Shown piece after piece: positions 14,040-21,897 of a stretch of 34,867 nucleotides of DNA. Position numbers and translations under genes: made by a program. This DNA comes from a virus (lineage: Duplodnaviria; Heunggongvirae; Uroviricota; Caudoviricetes): the IMG/VR virus record IMGVR_UViG_2684622580_000006. One strand, written 5' to 3'. Numbering within the stretch: position 1 is the stretch's first letter; each line of letters opens with the position of its first letter. Under the pieces are notes generated by a model. That model saw only the letters and a list, made by a program, of their open reading frames with translations. It searched no databases and was not told the origin of the DNA.

Positions 14040-15923
14040 ATGAAAAGTATCAACAAATTAAAGAAAATCATTAAAGCATCAAAAATTTTTATCATGCCTC
14101 CTGCTGATTACACGCCGTCAGAATGGGTCGAACAGAACTTAATCTTCCCTGATGGACCATATGCGGATCAGCCAATGCGACTTTTTGAGTTCCAGCGCGG
14201 AATGATTGACGCTATCAAAGGCAATAAGAAGAAAATCGTTCTTATGACTTCTGCACAGATCGGCAAAACGACGATTCTGAACGGTGTTCTGTTCTATAAA
14301 TCAGCTATAGATCCAGGCAACGCGGGTGTTTTACAGTCTACAGCGAAAGAAACGACACAATGGTTATCAGGTAAAATTAAACCGATGATTGATGCATCGG
14401 AAGAAATGCAGAAAATCGTTACTGATAAAAACGACAGAAATGCAGTTAATAACACCAGTCAGATTCAGCTACGAAATGGTGGTTTCTGGTATTTCATGAG
14501 TTTGAACTCTCCTTCTCACTTGCGTGGTAAAACTCTGCCATTGCTTCTGCTTGATGAAGTTGATGCTGTCGATACTGATACAGAAGAAGGCAACCCAATA
14601 ATGATTGCCGAACAGCGTGCAACAACTTTCGGTTCAGACGCTCGAATCTTTATCAGTTCGACGCCTACTGGCAAATACGGTGCCATCAATACTCAATACG
14701 AAGCATCCGATAGACGTAAATTCCATATCGATTGTCCTCATTGTGGTCGTTCTCATGAACTCGTTTGGGAAAACATTAAATTCGATTGGATTAAACATGA
14801 TGGTAAATCAGTACCAGATCCAGAAACTGCGCGTCTTGAATGTCCTTCTTGTAATGAAGCAATCTCAGAAGCACAACGAGCAAGAGCATTAGCAAACGGT
14901 AATTGGATTGTGACTAATCCAGAAGCTGATACAGCAGGATTCCATGTAAGTCGTTTATACAGTCCTATGAGTTCAATAAAATCTGTCGTTCAAGATTTCA
15001 AAAATGCTTATCAAACATTCAGTTTGTCAACGTTCTATAACACCGTATTAGGTCTGCCTTTTGATGATCTGAACGAGGATGTGGAAATCAGTAAATTAAA
15101 CGAACTGAAAACTGATATCAGTATCAGAAATATTCCAGAAGATTGTCTTTTCTTAACTGCGGGTGTTGACCAACAGCAAGACCGTTTAGAAGTAACCTTG
15201 ATGGGTCACAACGAACGAACCGTTTATATTCTTGCACATCGTAGCTTTATGACAATGAACGCTGAGGTTATCGATTCCCCTGCTTATAAAGAACTTCTTG
15301 CATACGTTAAAGCACCGTTCAGAACAGCTTTGGGAAGAAAGGTTCCTTTAGCGTGGGTGAACGTCGATAGCTCAAACGGTCGAGCAACTAAAACAATCTA
15401 TCGTTTCTGCTCTCAGTGGACAAACCTGAAAGCAATTAAAGGTGCCAGCTCAGTTGATGCCCCTTATGTTCCAACGAAAATCACGAAAACCGGTGGTTAT
15501 GAACTTTATATGATTGGTGTAAACCAAGGAAAAAACTTAGTTCGTGAACTGCTAAACAGAAGCGTGAAATCTGGAAATACACCAGTCAGAGTCGAAATCT
15601 CTGATGATGTTCCAGATGATTACTGCGAACAGCTTATGTCCGAAGAATTAAAACGCTCTGGCAATACTGTTAGATGGGTTATTAAACAAGGCGGTGTTCG
15701 TAACGAAGGTCTTGACTGCTTTAACTACGGTTATTGTGCGCGTCTGCAAGTTCTAGAGAAAATCAAATTTCACGAGTGGAGGAAACTCGCTGCTAAATCT
15801 GATATTGAAATGCCAGAAGAACAAAACGAAACAAATTCTCCTGTTATTCAAACTCCTGAACCACGTCGAAACATTATCAAACGAAACAGACCAGTTAATA
15901 AGCCTCGTGGTTTCGGATTATAA
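14040..15923 (+). CDS. Terminase large subunit, lambda GpA family
   Basis: Collinear blocks with lambda gpA: Walker A SAQIGKTT, LLLLDEVD, FHIDCPHCGRSHE zinc motif, GFHVSRLYSP, LTAGVDQQQDRLEVTLMG, RNEGLDCFNYGY. ATG 14040 with agaggtg SD (track start GTG 14034). Confidence 0.95.
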   Translation: MKSINKLKKIIKASKIFIMPPADYTPSEWVEQNLIFPDGPYADQPMRLFEFQRGMIDAIKGNKKKIVLMTSAQIGKTTILNGVLFYKSAIDPGNAGVLQSTAKETTQWLSGKIKPMIDASEEMQKIVTDKNDRNAVNNTSQIQLRNGGFWYFMSLNSPSHLRGKTLPLLLLDEVDAVDTDTEEGNPIMIAEQRATTFGSDARIFISSTPTGKYGAINTQYEASDRRKFHIDCPHCGRSHELVWENIKFDWIKHDGKSVPDPETARLECPSCNEAISEAQRARALANGNWIVTNPEADTAGFHVSRLYSPMSSIKSVVQDFKNAYQTFSLSTFYNTVLGLPFDDLNEDVEISKLNELKTDISIRNIPEDCLFLTAGVDQQQDRLEVTLMGHNERTVYILAHRSFMTMNAEVIDSPAYKELLAYVKAPFRTALGRKVPLAWVNVDSSNGRATKTIYRFCSQWTNLKAIKGASSVDAPYVPTKITKTGGYELYMIGVNQGKNLVRELLNRSVKSGNTPVRVEISDDVPDDYCEQLMSEELKRSGNTVRWVIKQGGVRNEGLDCFNYGYCARLQVLEKIKFHEWRKLAAKSDIEMPEEQNETNSPVIQTPEPRRNIIKRNRPVNKPRGFGL

Positions 15924-15943
15924 ATATAAGAAAGGAGAACTCA

Positions 15944-16438
15944 ATGCAAAAATCAAATTCAGAAATTTACATCGGTGAAAAACTCGCTGTTTATAATCCT
16001 GAAGGTGCAACAGTCTCCATAGGCTCAACTGAAACTAAATTGTTTTCTCAAACTGATTGTCCAGCGAATATCTCGGTGGACACATCAGATTTTATCGAAG
16101 GAACTTTTTCTGCTGTTGTTCTCTATGAAGGTGCGCTTATCAGTAACAGCATTATCAAAGTGAAATCACCATTCGTTTCAAAAACGAAAAAAGAACAACT
16201 CAGGGAAATGATTAACGATATCGATATGGTTATTCAGTATCGTCTGACAAGTAACGAAGAAGCTATTCAGCAAATGAGCATTAACGGTAAATCATTCGTA
16301 TATGAAACCCTTGATTCTCTGCTATTAGCTCGCAAACGTCTATTAGCAAACTTGGCGAATCTGATTAAGTCAGAACAAATGGCAAACGGTAAATCTCCGA
16401 TTGTTACTATTAAAGCGAGGTTCACGAATCCATCATGA
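15944..16438 (+). CDS. Head-tail joining protein, gpW-like C-terminal half with an extra ~80-aa N-terminal domain
   Basis: Occupies the gpW position between terL and portal, with an ATGA overlap to the portal gene. The C-terminal EQLREMINDIDMVIQYRL...INGKSFVYETLDSLLLARKRL follows the gpW pattern. Confidence 0.45.
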   Translation: MQKSNSEIYIGEKLAVYNPEGATVSIGSTETKLFSQTDCPANISVDTSDFIEGTFSAVVLYEGALISNSIIKVKSPFVSKTKKEQLREMINDIDMVIQYRLTSNEEAIQQMSINGKSFVYETLDSLLLARKRLLANLANLIKSEQMANGKSPIVTIKARFTNPS

Positions 16439-18000
16439 CATTAAAAGAATTTTTCACATTTAAAAAACCAGAACCTGAAAAGCGTTCGAAGGGTTACAGA
16501 TTAGTAAATTACAAACAACCGAAGCTTATTATCGATAACGACAAAGCTTATGGTTCAGAAATGAAACGTCTTATGGGTCCTCGTGTTGACCGTTTGGATG
16601 GTGATTTCAATACTAATCTGATCAGAACTGCAACGATTAATAACGAGATTCGAGGCAACGTTGAAAAACTGCGTGATATGTCCCGAACTCTGACAGTTAA
16701 CAGTCCGTTTGCAAAACATGCAGCACAATATCAGATTGATAACGTTATTGGTGAAGGTATTAATCCTCAACTGCGTATTCTTCAATCTAATGGTAAACCG
16801 AATAAGAAACTGAACTCTGCTATTTCAAATCAGTTTTATTTCTGGGCAGACTCTGCAAAACGTTTCAGTAAAAACGAGCGTATGAACTGGCGCAGATTCC
16901 AAGAAATGGTTGAACGTTCTCGTTTCGTTGATGGTGAAGTTTTTATCCGTATCTATGAAACAGAAACTGAATTTAAACTCGAACTAATTGAAGCTGCTCG
17001 CTGTAAATTCGGTGAAAGAGCAACAACTGAAAACGGTTATATTCTTGACGGTATCGAATACGACGCATCGAATACACCGATTCGTTATTACTTTGACAGC
17101 GTAAACCAATCGACTCAGACAGCATCAGGAAAGTCTTATTCTGTTGAAGCATCAGACATTATTCACTATTTCAAAGACGAGTTCCCTGATCAGCGTAGAG
17201 GTTATCCAGAGATAACTCCTAATATTGACGTAATGAATCAATACGACGCTTTCACAAAAGCCACTCTTGTTCAAAAACGTGCTGCCGCAAGTTCTATGGG
17301 TTTCATCACTCAAGATAAAGACGGTCAGGATAATATCGAACTCGATGACGATAACGAAATGCAAGAAACTCCTGAAATCATTCAGAACTTTGAATCAGGA
17401 ACAATTCATCAATTACCTGCTGGTTACGATATCAAGCAATTTAGCTCTACTCAGGGCGGTGATGATTACTTGAATTTCACAAGTCGTCTGGAAGATATGC
17501 TTGCAATGGGTTACGGCTTTTATAAGCAAGGCTGGAAAGGTGATACGTCAGGTATTAACTATTCTGCGGCTCGTTTTGGTGACTTAACTCAACGTAATAA
17601 ATTCCGTTCTGTTCAGCGCAATGTCAAAGAGCAAGTTTTTGAAACTATCTTCGAACGTTGGTTGACTTGGATGATTATGCAAGAGCGAATTCAAATGCGC
17701 ATGACTGCTATTCCAGAAGTGTTAAGACAGACTGTTTGGACATATCCAAAATGGGCATCAATCGATCCAAGCAAAGACGCACAGAAAGACGCGCTTGATG
17801 TTGAAAACGGTTTTAAATCTGCTGCTGACGTAATTATTGAACGCGGTGAAGATCCAGAACTGGTGTTTGCTCAGATTGAACAAGAGAAAACTCGTTTTGT
17901 TCCGAAATACAGTAATCAAATTGCGGTTGCTTCTGTTGCTGCTGATGCACAAGTGGAAGTTGCTGAAATTAATTCGGATAACAGCCAGGAAAACATCTAA
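16435..18000 (+). CDS. Portal protein, lambda gpB family
   Basis: 521 aa, directly after the terL/gpW-like genes; size and conserved-block pattern typical of lambda-type portals. Confidence 0.85.
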   Translation: MTLKEFFTFKKPEPEKRSKGYRLVNYKQPKLIIDNDKAYGSEMKRLMGPRVDRLDGDFNTNLIRTATINNEIRGNVEKLRDMSRTLTVNSPFAKHAAQYQIDNVIGEGINPQLRILQSNGKPNKKLNSAISNQFYFWADSAKRFSKNERMNWRRFQEMVERSRFVDGEVFIRIYETETEFKLELIEAARCKFGERATTENGYILDGIEYDASNTPIRYYFDSVNQSTQTASGKSYSVEASDIIHYFKDEFPDQRRGYPEITPNIDVMNQYDAFTKATLVQKRAAASSMGFITQDKDGQDNIELDDDNEMQETPEIIQNFESGTIHQLPAGYDIKQFSSTQGGDDYLNFTSRLEDMLAMGYGFYKQGWKGDTSGINYSAARFGDLTQRNKFRSVQRNVKEQVFETIFERWLTWMIMQERIQMRMTAIPEVLRQTVWTYPKWASIDPSKDAQKDALDVENGFKSAADVIIERGEDPELVFAQIEQEKTRFVPKYSNQIAVASVAADAQVEVAEINSDNSQENI

Positions 18001-18053
18001 ATACATTCAGTAAAACAAAGAGCGTCGAAAGACGCTCAACAAGAGGAATCGAA

Positions 18054-20030
18054 ATGCTAAAACTAAAACGCGATTTCGAAGCCCAAGAAATTAAAATTAC
18101 TGATGATAGTTATGAAATTGCGTTCTCAAGTGAAACTCCTGTTGAACGTCAAATTCTCGATAGTTACGGTCAACCAATAACAGTTAATGAAATTCTTTTG
18201 CATGACGGTCCTCAAAATGCTGACCTCGAGCGAATCAATAACGGCGCTGCTCTGTTGTTTAACCATAATTTCGACAATCATCTAGGCGTTGTAATTCCCG
18301 GGTCTGTAAGAATCGATAATGACCGTAAAGGTCGCGCTGTTGTTAAATTCAGTAAAGTTGGTCAATTAGCTAACGAAATTAAATCAAAAATCGACGAAGG
18401 AACAATTTCTAAAATTTCTTTCGGCTACGACATTATTGAATATGAACTCAAAGGAGACGACTTGTTAGTTTCTCGTTGGAGTCCGTATGAAATTTCTTTC
18501 GTTACTGTTCCTGCTGACGACAAAGTTGGCTTGGGAAGACTTCTAAATACAGATGACAAAACAATTAACGTTGAAGGAAAAAGAATGAATTTTGGTGAAA
18601 TCACTCTCGAAGAACTTCAAACACTTTCTCGCGAACAACTTGCGGAAATGAATGTTGAAGAAATTGAAGCGATGCCAGAAGAACTTCGTTTGAAGCGTGA
18701 AGAACTATTAGCGGAAGAAGCTGATATTCAGGATATCAAAGAAGAAGTTCAAGAAGCATCCGAAGAACAGACTGTTCCAGAAAAACAGGAACAAGAAGTA
18801 CAGAAAACCGAAGCTGAAATTGAGGCTGAAAAAGCTGCTGAAATGGAAGCGCTAAATAAAGAAAAAGAACGAGTTGAAGAAATCGAAGATATTTCGGTTC
18901 GATACAAAGTTCCTTACGAAAAAACGAAATCTGCTATTGAAGACAAAATGTCTGTTTCTGATTTCAAACGCTCTATTAAACCTAATAACGCTCCTACGGT
19001 GGTAAGAAAAATGACTAAAGATACTCAAATTGAACTTGAAAACAAATTTAATCTGGCTAACGCAATGCGCGCAATTGCTGACGGTAAAGCACTGACTGGT
19101 GCAGAAGCTGAATATACTCAAGAAATGATTTCTAAACGTCAGAAAGCTGGTCGCGGTATCGTTTCTAACGGTCTGTATCTGCCTCTGTCAGTTCTGAAAG
19201 GCAAACGCGCTATTAACACTGTCCCGACTGTTTCCGCGATTCAGCAAGTTGAACAGCGTTATGACAGCTTTGTTGAAATGCTGCTTGCTCCGACTGTTCT
19301 AGGTCGTATGGGTGTTAACTTCCTGACTGGTCTGAATACTCCGATTTCTGTGCCTAAGCAAACTGCTAGTTCTGTTGATGCTTTCGGTTTCGTTGATGAA
19401 AACGGTGCTTCTCCAGAAGGCGAAAGCAAATTTGCTAACGTTCAGTTCATGCCGAAAACATTTACTGGTGGTAACCCGATTTCTCGTCAAGCGATGCTGA
19501 CTATGCCGAATCTTGAACAGTTTATTTCTGATCATATCGTTAAGCACTCACGCGCTAAACTGGAAGCTCTGATTCTGGGTTCTGCAACTGACGCTAAAGC
19601 TCCTGAATCTCTGGACGCTCAATTGACCGCTACTTCTATGGGCATGACCTATAAAGAATTCGTTAAAGCTGCTGCTAAAGCGAAAGGTAAAGGCGTTGAC
19701 ATGGACAAGTTCATGTATCTGATGGATGCCGAAACTGAAGGTGATCTGAAAACCACTCTGCGTGACGCTGGTGTTGCAGGTTACATCGTAGGTGAAGACA
19801 ACAAACTGGGTGGACACGAAGTTGTTGGTTCCGGTCTGGTTAAAGATGGCACTATCTTTGCTGGTGATTTCTCTGCTCTGACTGTTGCTGAGTGGGAAGG
19901 TATCGGTATTGATATCGACGACACAACTTATCGTAACGCAGGCGCTATCGTTCCTCGTGTTTGGGCTGACATCGACTGGAAAGTTACTGCTGACGACCGT
20001 CTGTTTAAATACGTAAAAACGGGAGCTTAA
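18054..20030 (+). CDS. Fusion of HK97-type prohead protease (S78), acidic coiled-coil scaffold-like linker and HK97-fold major capsid protein
   Basis: 658 aa. N-terminus FSSETPVER...NGAALLFNHN...ISFGY...YEISFVTVPADD is a prohead protease. Residues ~190-290 are an E/K-rich coiled coil. The C-terminal ~350 aa are MCP-like. A strong terminator follows. Confidence 0.8.
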   Translation: MLKLKRDFEAQEIKITDDSYEIAFSSETPVERQILDSYGQPITVNEILLHDGPQNADLERINNGAALLFNHNFDNHLGVVIPGSVRIDNDRKGRAVVKFSKVGQLANEIKSKIDEGTISKISFGYDIIEYELKGDDLLVSRWSPYEISFVTVPADDKVGLGRLLNTDDKTINVEGKRMNFGEITLEELQTLSREQLAEMNVEEIEAMPEELRLKREELLAEEADIQDIKEEVQEASEEQTVPEKQEQEVQKTEAEIEAEKAAEMEALNKEKERVEEIEDISVRYKVPYEKTKSAIEDKMSVSDFKRSIKPNNAPTVVRKMTKDTQIELENKFNLANAMRAIADGKALTGAEAEYTQEMISKRQKAGRGIVSNGLYLPLSVLKGKRAINTVPTVSAIQQVEQRYDSFVEMLLAPTVLGRMGVNFLTGLNTPISVPKQTASSVDAFGFVDENGASPEGESKFANVQFMPKTFTGGNPISRQAMLTMPNLEQFISDHIVKHSRAKLEALILGSATDAKAPESLDAQLTATSMGMTYKEFVKAAAKAKGKGVDMDKFMYLMDAETEGDLKTTLRDAGVAGYIVGEDNKLGGHEVVGSGLVKDGTIFAGDFSALTVAEWEGIGIDIDDTTYRNAGAIVPRVWADIDWKVTADDRLFKYVKTGA

Positions 20031-20102
20031 TTAACACAGGAGAACAAGCTTCTCCTGCTAAAGTTAAAAAGCCACGTGCTCTTAAGGTGAAATAAAAACG
20101 AA

Positions 20103-20126
20103 GGACTCCGAAAGGGGTCCTTTTTT
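20103..20126 (+). terminator. Intrinsic terminator GGACTCC-gaaa-GGGGTCC + T6
   Basis: 7-bp stem (one G-U), GNRA-type loop, T-run; downstream of the capsid gene. Confidence 0.85.
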
Positions 20127-20161
20127 CGTTTCTGGACTAAATAAAAGAAAAAGGAGACAAC

Positions 20162-20458
20162 ATGATTTTCCCATATACAGAAAAACAAAAACAGTCTTTC
20201 TTAACTCGTTTCGGTCAAAAAATTAAAATCAACGATAAAGACGCTCTCGGCATTGTTGAGATTGAAATTAATAACGATAACGGACAAGTAAGCGAGACAC
20301 TTTATATAACCGCTGATATTAATTCAATTAAGCAAGACGATTCTATTTTGTTAAACGAGATTTTGTATAACGTCGCTTATCTGACAAACGATGGTTCAGG
20401 ACTCGTGAATTGTTATCTTGCTTATAAAACTGAACAGGAGACCTCATTCTATGATTAA
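20162..20458 (+). CDS. Head-tail connector/adaptor candidate (98 aa)
   Basis: Position after the capsid gene, SD aaaggaga; no motif recognised. Confidence 0.35.
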   Translation: MIFPYTEKQKQSFLTRFGQKIKINDKDALGIVEIEINNDNGQVSETLYITADINSIKQDDSILLNEILYNVAYLTNDGSGLVNCYLAYKTEQETSFYD

Positions 20459-20849
20459 TATGCCACGCTTGGGAATTAAACGAGCACTGGAAGAAATAAT
20501 TGTAAAAGAGCTAAAACTGAAATACGTAAAAAATGCTTTTACAACTGGAGTTACAGAAACAGTTCAAGTGATGATTCCAGAAATGACAGAAGAATACACA
20601 AGAATTAATCTTCAATCGAAGCTATCAGCCGTTTTGAATATTACGATTAACGTTTTCTCTGAGAAAAAAGAAACAGACGTTCACAAAGCTGTTTACGACC
20701 TGATTTCTATTAAAGCTGATGATCCGAAACTTCGAGAATTTAAAATCAATAAAATTTATCCGAGTTCGAGTTTTACCGATTACGACGGTGAAGCATCAAA
20801 TGGTCATGTTAGCGCACAAGTAATTTTAACTTTCGAATACATAATGTGA
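20451..20849 (+). CDS. Head-closure / tail-completion candidate (132 aa)
   Basis: ATG 20451 with aggag SD, overlapping the upstream stop (ATGATTAA). The track start 20418 is unlikely. Confidence 0.35.
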   Translation: MINMPRLGIKRALEEIIVKELKLKYVKNAFTTGVTETVQVMIPEMTEEYTRINLQSKLSAVLNITINVFSEKKETDVHKAVYDLISIKADDPKLREFKINKIYPSSSFTDYDGEASNGHVSAQVILTFEYIM

Positions 20850-20856
20850 GGCAGAA

Positions 20857-21885
20857 ATGACAAATGATATTTTTGTAGGAAATAACGTAAGAGTTTCAGT
20901 AAACCCAGAAGTCGTTGAACAACCCGGCTATCACGACCCAGGATATATTTCAACTGCTAATCTTGCTGCTTTTCCTGTTATCGGTTTCAAGAAAGATGTC
21001 CAATCGCTAGAAGACTTTCGCGATGACTTTACGGTTAAATTATCCGGTGACGTAACAGTTAATGACACTTTTATAAGTCTTTTTGAAACTTCTGATGACC
21101 CAGTTTATCAGTTGCTTGATGAAGCGTTAATGGAAAAGAAACTAATCAGATTCAGAAACCTTTATGTTATCGATGGTGAATCGAAAAAAGAAAATGAATC
21201 CGGTCTGTATCATATTTTCAACGCTTGGGTAACTAAGAAAGAAACAACAGGCTCCGAAAACTCAGTTGTTACTACCACTTTTAATCTTTCTCCTGATGGT
21301 CAGATTTTCACTGGCTTTGCTGAATTCACTGCTCCGTTAAACGTTGGTGATTATGGCGTTGGTGCTGGTACAGAAGAAATCGAAGGTGTTAAAGATTTAG
21401 GTCTGTTGAGTGGTAATAGATGGGTAACAGTTGACGCAACGAACAGCGATAACCCTTATAACTCTGGCACGTCTGCTATGGCTATTCAGCATCCTGATGG
21501 ACAAGGTTGGGAGCTTATTGGTTCGTCAGTCGGTAATCCAAGTATCAGAATCAGAAATAAACAAATTGCACACGACGAATCTGTTACAGAATCTCCGTGG
21601 GTGAAAGTCTATACAGAACTTGAACGCCCTACTCCTGAAGATATTAACGCATTGCCAATTACTGGTGGAACTCTGAAAGGTTCACTTGTTATTGAGGAAT
21701 ATCTAACAGTACGTAAAAAGATTTCTGCTCCGCAAGGTGAAATTCTGGCTCTAAATAGTAATGAAATTAACTCAACTTCTGTAAAGGTCAAAGGCTCAGA
21801 AGTCTATTCTCCAAGTAACAAACCAACACCATTAGAGATTAATTGTGTAGCGTTAGGAGAAACTTTAGATGCAGGAGTTTTTTAA
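20857..21885 (+). CDS. Tail-tube-fold N-domain fused to a fibre-like C-terminal region (342 aa)
   Basis: The N-terminal ~160 aa align by eye with the 159-aa tube-like protein at 24791 (DIFVGNNVRVSVN vs DIFAGSYVSVFYN; AFPVIGF vs AFPSTGI). The C-terminus has LPITGGTLKGSL, a motif common in tail fibres. Confidence 0.5.
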   Translation: MTNDIFVGNNVRVSVNPEVVEQPGYHDPGYISTANLAAFPVIGFKKDVQSLEDFRDDFTVKLSGDVTVNDTFISLFETSDDPVYQLLDEALMEKKLIRFRNLYVIDGESKKENESGLYHIFNAWVTKKETTGSENSVVTTTFNLSPDGQIFTGFAEFTAPLNVGDYGVGAGTEEIEGVKDLGLLSGNRWVTVDATNSDNPYNSGTSAMAIQHPDGQGWELIGSSVGNPSIRIRNKQIAHDESVTESPWVKVYTELERPTPEDINALPITGGTLKGSLVIEEYLTVRKKISAPQGEILALNSNEINSTSVKVKGSEVYSPSNKPTPLEINCVALGETLDAGVF

Positions 21886-21897
21886 CGGATAAAGAAA

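Noticed and set aside
20028-20100. Possible C-terminal capsid extension: a Lys-rich frame (...NTGEQASPAKVKKPRALKVK*) is open in the +1 frame past the capsid stop
   Set aside because: There is no slippery site or start codon. The region is better explained by two hairpins (caggagaa/ttctcctg and the terminator at 20103-20126).
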